64,000 bases of DNA from Amoebidium appalachense (Eukaryota; Protista; Ichthyosporea): positions 2,604,001 through 2,668,000 of the forward strand of contig CAVNZM010000010.1 in NCBI GenBank assembly GCA_963693365.1, in the 5' to 3' direction. Numbering within the stretch: the stretch's first letter is position 1; each line of letters opens with the position of its first letter. The translations under genes were made by a program, and so were the position numbers. The notes under the pieces were generated by a model. It was not told the DNA's origin. It ran no database searches and saw nothing but the letters and a program-made list of their open reading frames with translations. Shown piece after piece: positions 13,520 through 22,535 of the stretch.

Positions 13520-14635
13520 CTATTCTTCTTCTCCCCCCCCCGTCTGACTAGTTAACGGCAAAGCAAGCATACTATAGTCCTTAATATAACGACGAAGATA
13601 ATTAGTTAAACCTAAAAATTGCCTTAGTTGAGTGACAGTCTGAGGACGGGGCCACTCAACTATGGCCCGGATTTTCTCCGGATCAGGGGAAAGACCATTA
13701 CTAGACACAATATGACCTAAAAACTTAACCTCCGGCACACCAATCACAGTCTTGCTACCGCTAATACGAAGACCAGACTCACCCAAAGCTAAAAATACTT
13801 TTTCACAATTATTAACTAACTCCTCAAATGACCTACCTTTAATTAAAACATCATCCAAATAAGGGTGGCATACATCCAAATGAGGGTGGAGAATTTTATA
13901 CATTACCCGGCACAACATAGCTGGAGAGGAGAGCAAACCCATCGGCACCACCTTGTACTGGAACAGCTGGTCACCCAGTGCAAAGGCAGTCTTCTCCTTG
14001 CTGCTCTCCTCCAACCTTATCTGCCAAAAAGCTGCTTTTAAATCAAGTTTAGCAAAGTGAGTATAGCCGTGCAGCTGTGAAAGCTGCTCGTCTATGTTAG
14101 GGAGAGGCCATTGGTCTGCCTTAGTGATCCGATTCAGAGCCCTGTAATCGTTCACTAGGCGCCAAGACCCGTCGGGCTTCTTAACCAATAGCACCGGACT
14201 TCTCCACGGACTCGAACTATGCTCCACATGACCCTTTTTTAACATATCACTCACTATTATTAGCGCATCCGACAATTTATACTGCTCCATTCTATAGCTA
14301 GGCATCACTACCGGCCTATTATCACCTGTGTCGATCTGCATTTCAAACCCTTTAACGAAGCCTACTTCGTTATCATCGGCCAGAAATGCAAACCGAGTCC
14401 TATCAAATAACTTAGCTAGCAATTTTTTCTGTTCTACCGTCCAATCCCCCTCCTTCATACCAAACGGCAATACTAACTCCGGGTTACCCCCATCACAAGT
14501 GGATGCATCCTTATTCACCGGAGTGCCACTTAACATTTCACCTCCTGTATTACATCGGTGCTGCTCGGGGTGAGGTTGAGGTACCTCCGGATATAGGCGG
14601 TCACCCTTAGCACCCCCCTCCCCCCGGCACACCAA
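13520..14635 (-). CDS. pol: pol: reverse transcriptase
   Basis: SSSPWRSPVLLVKKPDGSWRLVNDYRALN, LDLKAAFWQI, VVPMGL, YLDDVLI, FLGHIV, LRQFLGLTNY. Confidence 0.95.
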   Translation of the reverse strand: MVCRGEGGAKGDRLYPEVPQPHPEQHRCNTGGEMLSGTPVNKDASTCDGGNPELVLPFGMKEGDWTVEQKKLLAKLFDRTRFAFLADDNEVGFVKGFEMQIDTGDNRPVVMPSYRMEQYKLSDALIIVSDMLKKGHVEHSSSPWRSPVLLVKKPDGSWRLVNDYRALNRITKADQWPLPNIDEQLSQLHGYTHFAKLDLKAAFWQIRLEESSKEKTAFALGDQLFQYKVVPMGLLSSPAMLCRVMYKILHPHLDVCHPYLDDVLIKGRSFEELVNNCEKVFLALGESGLRISGSKTVIGVPEVKFLGHIVSSNGLSPDPEKIRAIVEWPRPQTVTQLRQFLGLTNYLRRYIKDYSMLALPLTSQTGGGEEE

Positions 14636-16196
14636 TGCCCCCGGGCAATTCCTGATGAGTTAGTGCATGTATGTGGGGGGCCAGGTCTGTGGCCACCCTG
14701 CCCCCCACGGTGTTGGTTAACCCGTCAGATCCACGGGTTAGACCAACACCCTCCCCCCTTGCCTGCACATTCTCACACCCGGGGTGACCCTCCTTCCTCT
14801 TGGGGGTCGGGGGAGTGGGACCGGTGCTGTCCCGGTCCCCCCCCCCATCGTGTCGGGTGACATTTTGGTGGCTAACGTTAAATAAAGTTGTTCCCCCTCC
14901 TCCTGAGTCACCCTTCGAGCCGGCATCCTCCTTTTGGGTAATAAGAGAGACCTCTATACTACCAATCTCATTAGTGAAACTACCGACGGAAACACCTGAC
15001 CTAATCACTATAGGCTCGATGCCCGGATTCACTAATTCTATTTCTATTGTCTTATCCGGCCATACCCTACTAAGGGTCCATTGGGCCACCTCCTGAAATG
15101 GGGTTTTCGGAGTAAAAACCCCTAAATCCCCTATCCTAACATGATTGCCGGCCCGGACACGTACCGTTTGGCACTGATAAGGCTCGATTACTACTTCAGC
15201 TACCGTTCTAGCACCAGACTGATAACCGTCGAGCCCATCATGGGTTTTAATTTTAACGCCGGACTGCAATTCTAAAACATTCGTACGTTCAAACAAAGCA
15301 TTCACATGTCTACGGAAAAATGGGGCTCCCAACAAAACACTTTGAGCTAAATCCTTAACCACATAACAAGCAATATGCATAGCCTGGCCACCTATCTCAC
15401 ACGGCAACACACAAACACCTTCCACAGACATACTACTATTATTAGCACTACCTAAGGCTGTGCTAGAAGCATCTAAAATAGGAATTTCCCCCCCGGCCTG
15501 ATTAAAACGACGAATAAACGAAGCATGCACACAATTAACCTGAGCCCCTCCATCGAGCAAAGCAACAGCCTTCAACTTACCATCAGCTAACCATACGTCT
15601 ATATAATGCCGGCTAAAACCAACTAAATCCTCCTCCAATTCAAGCAACACATCATCACTCACACCCAATCCCTGCCCACGAAGACTTACACCCTCGATAC
15701 CTACGTGTAACATACCTACCTGTGGTGCCTGCACGGGTGGGGTGGGGTGTGTATGTGGTGTGGGTGGTGGTGGAGTGTGTGTGTGTGATGTGTGGGTGGG
15801 TGGTGTGTGTGTGTTTGGTGTATGTGTGGGTGTGTGTGTGGGTGTAGGTGTGTCTGCAACCGTCGTATGTTGTTGTGGTGGTGTGTTTCTACGTGTCTGT
15901 GTCTTCCCCCCCCTTCCCCCTTTACTCGTGTGTGTCCCCCCCCCTCCCGGAAACAATGGCACAGAAACCCCCTCCGGTGTGGTTAGAATAAACACCGGGT
16001 TGGGACAAGAAACACTGAGACCATCCACTTGTGGCTGGGGAACCTCCCCCAACCACAAAACATTCACACCATTCATACCTTTGGTAGAGTCACCCCACAA
16101 ACATTCATGCCATACCACCTCGACGCTGTCTTGAGGACCCACGACGATGCCCCTCGTCGAACTGCTGCTGCTGTCCGCTACGTCCACCACGCCCAC
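14607..16196 (-). CDS. pol: pol N-terminus: retropepsin-like aspartic protease followed by a dUTPase-like beta segment; no recognisable capsid or zinc knuckle
   Basis: AVALLDGGAQVNC (active-site motif, atypical DGG) and VLLGAPFF, then VVIEPYQCQTV...IEIELVNPGIEPIVIRSGVSVG. Confidence 0.8.
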   Translation of the reverse strand: MGVVDVADSSSSSTRGIVVGPQDSVEVVWHECLWGDSTKGMNGVNVLWLGEVPQPQVDGLSVSCPNPVFILTTPEGVSVPLFPGGGGTHTSKGGRGGKTQTRRNTPPQQHTTVADTPTPTHTPTHTPNTHTPPTHTSHTHTPPPPTPHTHPTPPVQAPQVGMLHVGIEGVSLRGQGLGVSDDVLLELEEDLVGFSRHYIDVWLADGKLKAVALLDGGAQVNCVHASFIRRFNQAGGEIPILDASSTALGSANNSSMSVEGVCVLPCEIGGQAMHIACYVVKDLAQSVLLGAPFFRRHVNALFERTNVLELQSGVKIKTHDGLDGYQSGARTVAEVVIEPYQCQTVRVRAGNHVRIGDLGVFTPKTPFQEVAQWTLSRVWPDKTIEIELVNPGIEPIVIRSGVSVGSFTNEIGSIEVSLITQKEDAGSKGDSGGGGTTLFNVSHQNVTRHDGGGDRDSTGPTPPTPKRKEGHPGCENVQARGEGVGLTRGSDGLTNTVGGRVATDLAPHIHALTHQELPGGIGVPGGGGC

Positions 16197-16466
16197 GACC
16201 GCTGGTGTTTGAGTGTAAACTAAAAGCTGTTGTGTTTCTGGCGTCTATAGCTAGTGTGTGAACCTGTGGTATCTGTGTGTGCAGGGAGCTATCCTCCGCT
16301 GCCAACGCGTAGAACATATCTACGTGAAACTTAGCCATGGTGTTGTGTGTGCCCTAGTTGAGAGGTTGTGTTTATGTTTGTGTTTTTGAGGTGTAGCAAC
16401 AGCCCAGAAGGAACTGTCACCGCGTTACCCTAGCGCGAAAAACCGCACTAAAAGAAAGGTGTAGCT

Positions 16467-17105
16467 TGTCGTATCCTAATATATGTGTACTAGAGACGCG
16501 GCACTCTACTAAGTGTACACACACGAAAAGGAACGAACGTGTACGAAAAACGGTAAAGTTTATTAAGACCAGGCCCCGACGGGCAAACTTAGATCCGTAC
16601 GGATTGAGTCTAAGTTACGACTGAGGCCATCAAGGCCGTGCCCTACAAGATCATCATCACCTGGCCCCCTACGATGCCACATTCCATTAACATTCCGATC
16701 TACTTTTATCGTGCGCCTGCACGAGCTAAGTCGATCTACTCAACTAATATATTTATCCAAGTCTCACCCCTCACCCTCCCCCTAGTGGCACCGCAGAGTC
16801 TAAATCTACATTTCATACTATCCTCCCCCCCCTCCCTCCCCCCCTTTCCTCTACATCTAAATATATAAATACGTTTGGCAACATATACTATCAAACCTTG
16901 CCAATCCTTACAAAAGGGCTTCTGCCCGAACAATGACATTCCTAAGTCCTCCTACGATCTATCCTACACACTAATTAGAATTCTATTGGACGGCTGTCCC
17001 GGCTGACGTGGTCCAATGCCCTGCGCCGGCAGAGGCAAGATGCACGCAGCTGTACAGCTATCTTGAGGCCCCGGACTTGATCTTGATGATCTGTGGACCC
17101 GGGCC

Positions 17106-17138
<33 letters not shown>

Positions 17139-17189
17139 ATCTCGATCGTAGACTTAGGCTAATCTGCTGAGACGGATTAGTATATGTCA
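16467..17189 (-). repeat. 5' LTR (723 bp)
   Basis: Direct repeat of 10140-10871, followed on + by the TSD GCTAC. Confidence 0.97.
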
Positions 17190-17194
17190 GCTAC

Positions 17195-19150
17195 TCTGAC
17201 TACTCTGAGATCCTGATTGGCTGCCTCCAGACTTGCGGCCACGATTACTTTGCTTTCGATCGTGCCATTGCAGCTGCGTCTCTCCAGCAGGTGGCAACGG
17301 CAGGTCCAGCACAGCAGATGCACGAGAAGGGAGTGGGAACTGCCCACCAGCCGAGGGCTGGCCCACATGGCCCAAGTAAGGATGGGGACTGTGCTGCGGC
17401 AGTAGCCCAGGCATGGGGAAGGCAGGGCCGGGCTGAGGCGGCATGATGCCCCACGGTGGGGGCCAGCCATGTGGGTGGTGCGGGCCTGGATGGGGTGCAG
17501 GGGACATGTGCAGCACAAGGCCCTGCTGCATTTCAAGCGGGGGTGCTGGTGGCATGGCATCCTGATTAATTGGCTGCAACCCAACGTGGGCAGCAAAATC
17601 TTGGCCCGATTGGAGCCGGGCCAGCCCTTGCCCTGGCGGCCACACGTCTTGCAGGTCTTGGGGACAGCTCTCTGGGGTGGCTGCATAGGAGGGGGCACCG
17701 GCAAATCCATCTGCAGGGGCCCCTCAGGCCCAATGTCGCAATGCTTCTTGCCCACACGCATGGGCAAGGGCCGCTCACGCTGCGCCTCTGCATCGACACC
17801 GTCTGGAACAGGGAGGGATGGCAGGGGGGCAGGCCGTATGGTTGCTGGCACAGCGTCTGCCCTCTCCTCGCGCATACGCTTGCGGTGATCTGCCAGGCCC
17901 TCGTGTGTGGAGCGCTGTGCATGTGCCGTCTGCCAGGTCTTCCACTTGTCGAAATGCTTCTTGATGTAGGCCGCATCCTTCATGTAGATGCCCCCAGCCA
18001 CAGAGGCAGCCTTGTTGAAGTCTTGGGCCAAAGCCTCGAACAGCTGGCCGTTGGGCTTTGCATGTGCCTTGTAGGTGCCCAGGAGCAGCGTGCTGAATAG
18101 CTTGCGCTCCTGAGGGGTAAGCACCGGAAGGAAGGGGATGGCCACATGTTGCTTCTGCGCCAGGAACTTGTAGTCGCCCCTCAGTGCAGGGTCAGGCTGT
18201 GGTGCACCACGCGCCACCTGGTCCCCCCCCCCCATGGCAGCACCGTCACCCTCCTCGACCTCACAGTCCTCTGGCCCGCCCATCACGCCATTGGCTGCAG
18301 GCTCGTTGTTATCTGACGGAGGTGGGGGTGCGGGCACCGCAACTGGCTCCTGCGCCGGGGTATTGGCCACACAGGAGAGGGGGGCAAAGTTGAAGTAATC
18401 CTCCGGTAGCTTGTAGCAGCCCACGGGTACCAACTGGGGGTCGAGGTGATGGCCGTACAGCATCAGGGCCAGTGCCTCCATCATGTCGTCCACAATCCAG
18501 GGGCTGTAGTGGGGGGGGGGGGCGATGCCTGGCCCAGGCGGTTGCGGTAGTGTGCACGCAGGTTTTGGCGGTGGCGCCTATTGGACATGGTGGCGTCCAG
18601 CAGGCGCAGCGACATGCGTGTGGCCCCAAAGTGGGTGGCCAGGGGGGTGTGCACTGCCCCCCTCCACCTCGTTGGTGCCCCGGATGCAGCGGTAGGGCAT
18701 GAGCCCATCTGCGTCGGCAGTGGTCTCGTAGTAGATAGGCAGGCCGGGGGGGTCCGGCAGACAGCCGTTTTGGGCGTGCTCGAGCAGCGACTGTGGGGGC
18801 ACAAGCAAACATCAGAGAGATGGGTGGGTGGTGGTGGTGGTAGTGTGTGTGTAAGGGGTTGCTGCTGCTCGGCAGGGGGAGGACTGGCAGGGGGAGGGGC
18901 TGGGTCAGGGACCACCGGCGCCTCGGCACCTGGGTCCGGTGGGGGCTGAATGGGCCGTAGCCACTGCAGGTGCACCATCAGCTCAAAAGGCAGCGGGCCC
19001 AGCTCGCCCAGGGTCTTGCCCTTGTCGGGGCCAAAGGGCACCTGCATGGCCGGCGACAGCACCTGATCCACCCGCACCACTGCATGCTTCTTGCCCACCT
19101 TCATGCCCCCCCAGCGCTCCGGCTGCACAGCCAGCATGCGCATGAGCGTT
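17195..19150 (-). pseudogene. Degenerate C-terminal part of a DDE transposase of Dada/MULE-related type
   Basis: GC-rich frameshifted coding remnant: LLEHAQNGCLPDPPGLPIYY...GLMPYRCIRGTNEVEGG (contains the putative catalytic E), FLAQKQ..IPFLPVLTPQERKLF, LAQDFN...IYMK...HFDKW and a terminal KTCKTCG motif. The family call comes from remembered motifs, not from a search. Confidence 0.6.
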
Positions 19151-19169
19151 GGCACATGCGCATGTAAAT

Positions 19170-21861
19170 GTATCATGAAATTCATAGCATTGTGCATGCG
19201 GCTATCTATCATCCATTCTTAGATATGAACCATTATTACGAAGTCGGTGAGATATATTTGAGATAACTTCTTTATAGAAAAAGAGATGAAATTGTGAGAA
19301 AGTATTGATCTGCTCCCCCCTCCCCCTCCCACCTTTCGCCTCCGTCTATCCCAGCTTAAGTCACAGTGGGGTAGAGTTGATGTATGTGTATGCTATGCTA
19401 CGAAACACCCTATATATATGCGCCTATTAGAATCTGCACAAGCCAGGCCAGATTCACATCTCGTACTAGATACATGCACTAACTTTATTGTTGATGATTT
19501 GATAGATCTCGGTGATTATGCTGGCGGTGGTAGGAAGGAATACCCCGATGCTCTCTTGTTACCAAACACCACTCCCGCTAGACTAGGTGAACCCCTGTCT
19601 CAAAAGGAAAGCTTGCGCCGGCTTGCTAGTATGAATCGATTTGGCCCCCCTGCTCGTATTATTGGTGATACCACTGGAGACCCCCTCATAGACTCTGATA
19701 AGTATTTCTCGGAACTGTTTAAAGATAGGACCCCCGCTCAGAAACCTATTGTGTGGCCTGTAGACCCATCTATCCCCATAGAATCGATCCTCCCCTTTTT
19801 CAGTCCCGATGCCATATGGTCTGTGATATCTAGTTATAGCTCTAGTAAGTCTTGTGGACCTGATGGACTCCCTGCTGGGTTTCTTAAAATCCTTGTTCCC
19901 TCCTACCCACAAAAGGAAAGTGATCGTGCTATTAAACCTGATCTTACTATCATGTTAAGCTCTCTCTTTTCTTGGTGTGTTAAATGTGGACATGTCCCGT
20001 CATCTTGGTTAGATACCTTAGTGATCCCCATAGTTAAGAAGGACTCTGAGGGCCCCATATCATCCTTTCGCCCCATTACACTAACCCAGGTTGTTCGTAG
20101 ATTCTTTGAAGCTTGCTTACTTAGGTTATTTGCACATCACCCTAGGTTTCAATCTATTCTTCACATACACCCATGCCAATCCGCTTTTCGTAAAAACAAT
20201 TCATGTTATGTTCAAATAATGGCACTGCACGATTCTATGCAAGTTGGTGCACAATATGTTGGCTTTATTGATTGGAAAACTGCTTACGATTCTGTCTCCC
20301 CTGGTCTCCTATGGGAAAAGCTTGCTGCACGGGGTGTACCACACTGCATTGGTGTTCTGTTAGAAGCACTCTTGTCTCAAACCTATGGTAGAGCTGTGGT
20401 TAATGGGCATCTTTCATATGGTTTTGCTCGTACTAGAGGTCTCTTGCAGGGTTCATTGCTTAGCCCCTTTTTGTTTAACCTATTTATAGATGATTTGGCT
20501 GTCAAGATTTACGCCGAAAACGATGACCCTATTAATAACTTTCCGCCTGCACTTCTCTATGCTGATGATCTGTCCCTCCTTGCCCGTACCCCTAGACGCC
20601 TGCAAAGATTGTTCGATGTAGTGTCAGAGTGGTGCAAGGCAAACCTTATGATCCTTAACATAGACAAATGTGGTGTTCTTGTACCTGATATAGCTAACAA
20701 TTTACACACATTTACATTATCATCTAAACCTGTACCTATAGTTCCAGAATACAAATATCTTGGTGTTCCGGTTGATTCTGTTGGTGTTATGTTTCCCCAT
20801 ATGGTCGAAAAGAGGGTAGAGTTGGCTCGTAAGCGGTTAGCTTTCTTCTCGGCTAATATTTTTAAAGACACACCCCTCCATCCTTCTATTAGACTTACAT
20901 TTATTCGCACTTTTGTCTTCCCGGCATGTGAATATGGTTTACCCCTTCTCGCCGCTTGGATCAAGAAAGAGAGAACTAGAGCGCTTAAACCCTTGGCAAA
21001 TTTCCTTGAAGCAGAAGTTGCCTCCTTTCTATCTAACAACTGTTGTAAACCTGGGCCTGTAACGCTCTCGATATATGGTCTGGTCCCAATAGCTGCTAGA
21101 GTATCCTATCTCGCGCTGAAATTCAATAAGCACATAAGCCGCTTAAAGAAGTATTTGCCCTCCCACCCTCTCTTCTCTATCCGACCTGTCCCCTCCTCAC
21201 CTCTCCCCTCTTTCCTCCCCTCTCTCTCCCCTTCTCCCCTGGGCACAAATACAAATAAACCCCGCAATAGTGTGTGTGTGACTTTGGACTGCCACTTACT
21301 TATTAAACATGTACACAATCACAAGATAATCACGCAATATAACAAATGGAAAAAGATACCACACGACACTAGACCCGATGAAAGCATACACCTTGAAAAA
21401 CTAAGCCTTATGTCTCGTTTTATATATACTGACCGCCTCAACCATATTGCCAAATATGGCACTCGCAAGTGTATAACACCTAAATACATATTACCTTCCT
21501 GTAGAACTGGTCTTTCTCTAGCTGATGGTATTATTGATCAATTACCACGCTTTTACTGTACACGTGCTATACAGTGGAGATCTAATAAGTATAAGGTGGC
21601 ATCATTTGCATGCCCAAACAACACACACACACACCAGTTTAACCGGTCATGTATCGCCAAATGTAGTTTGATAGACCACATAATACCGCAACACACACAC
21701 GTCACATTCACAACAGACACCCAGAAAGATAGCCTACCTGTAAATTACAACATCCTTGATTTTATACTAAACACGCGTAACTACGACCTGTTTATTAGAT
21801 GTATTGATTGGCTTGAGAAACACATCACTACAAAATTATAGCGCACGCGCACACACACACA

Positions 21862-21926
<65 letters not shown>

Positions 21927-21958
21927 CCAGCTGATACCGAGTGTCCCGAGGGGAGCCC

Positions 21959-22002
<44 letters not shown>
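19170..22002 (+). mobile_element. 5'-truncated non-LTR retrotransposon (LINE) with (CA)n 3' UTR and 40-nt poly(A)
   Basis: RT ORF followed by a (CA)n tract and A40 at 21963-22002. The 5' boundary is approximate (abrupt compositional change near 19170). No TSD found. Confidence 0.85.
19418..21841 (+). CDS. Non-LTR reverse transcriptase (807 aa) with Cys/His-containing C-terminus; no endonuclease domain visible
   Basis: KSCGPDGL, FRPITL, QSAFR, FIDWKTAYDSV, RGLLQGSLLSPFLFNLFIDDL, LLYADDL, NIDKC, YKYLGV. Confidence 0.93.
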   Translation: MRLLESAQARPDSHLVLDTCTNFIVDDLIDLGDYAGGGRKEYPDALLLPNTTPARLGEPLSQKESLRRLASMNRFGPPARIIGDTTGDPLIDSDKYFSELFKDRTPAQKPIVWPVDPSIPIESILPFFSPDAIWSVISSYSSSKSCGPDGLPAGFLKILVPSYPQKESDRAIKPDLTIMLSSLFSWCVKCGHVPSSWLDTLVIPIVKKDSEGPISSFRPITLTQVVRRFFEACLLRLFAHHPRFQSILHIHPCQSAFRKNNSCYVQIMALHDSMQVGAQYVGFIDWKTAYDSVSPGLLWEKLAARGVPHCIGVLLEALLSQTYGRAVVNGHLSYGFARTRGLLQGSLLSPFLFNLFIDDLAVKIYAENDDPINNFPPALLYADDLSLLARTPRRLQRLFDVVSEWCKANLMILNIDKCGVLVPDIANNLHTFTLSSKPVPIVPEYKYLGVPVDSVGVMFPHMVEKRVELARKRLAFFSANIFKDTPLHPSIRLTFIRTFVFPACEYGLPLLAAWIKKERTRALKPLANFLEAEVASFLSNNCCKPGPVTLSIYGLVPIAARVSYLALKFNKHISRLKKYLPSHPLFSIRPVPSSPLPSFLPSLSPSPLGTNTNKPRNSVCVTLDCHLLIKHVHNHKIITQYNKWKKIPHDTRPDESIHLEKLSLMSRFIYTDRLNHIAKYGTRKCITPKYILPSCRTGLSLADGIIDQLPRFYCTRAIQWRSNKYKVASFACPNNTHTHQFNRSCIAKCSLIDHIIPQHTHVTFTTDTQKDSLPVNYNILDFILNTRNYDLFIRCIDWLEKHITTKL

Positions 22003-22003
<1 letters not shown>

Positions 22004-22314
22004 GGGGAACCCCAACTAATTGATTTCTCCTTGTAGTCTTTATGGTGTCTCGTAGAGAAAGTAAACCCTGATATATAGTCACCACCCGACATCTATGTAC
22101 GTGATCATGATATACCGCTGAGGGGATATTCCGAGCAAACCCCCCCCCCCCCCATACCTGAGACTGGTTCTCTTTGCCTCGAGTAAACAGCGTAAACCCC
22201 AAAGTATTACGCATGCTGATGAACGTCCCACGGGACCCACACTCTACTAGTGTGTGCGCCTGCATGTGACCGCCGCGGGGCTCACGCCCATCATCAGTTG
22301 GGCCGTGCTAACCT

Positions 22315-22535
22315 GTTTGTATGTACGTGAAACGGGCCCATTTATGATACCTGGAGTACGTCCATATGTACGTGAAACTGGCCCATGTTTGATTCAAGGG
22401 GCCCGGGGGAACACGTCCATTCCAACTGTTCAAAACCTGCTCACGTTCGATAAAGATCTTGCGTCAATCGGCCCATGTTTTGATTCAAGCGGCACGTGCA
22501 ACTTTGAAACTTCAAAACCTCACGTTCGATAAGTC
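22315..22535. repeat. Cluster of degenerate direct repeats, possibly transposon subterminal sequence
   Basis: TATGTACGTGAAAC(G/T)GGCCCAT twice, GGCCCATGTTT(T)GATTCAAG twice, TTCAAAACCT(GCT)CACGTTCGATAA twice. Confidence 0.55.

Larger units (their letters stand above)
10140..17189 (-). mobile_element. Ty3/Gypsy LTR retrotransposon of chromovirus type, full length between LTRs, recent insertion
   Basis: Direct LTRs 10140-10871 and 16467-17189 with TG...CA termini; 5-bp TSD GCTAC at 10135-10139 and 17190-17194; polypurine tract next to the 3' LTR; domain order PR-RT-RH-IN-chromodomain on the minus strand. Confidence 0.97.

Noticed and set aside
19165-22030. Target-site duplication for the LINE
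   Set aside because: No direct repeat of the post-poly(A) sequence was found near the 5' boundary.
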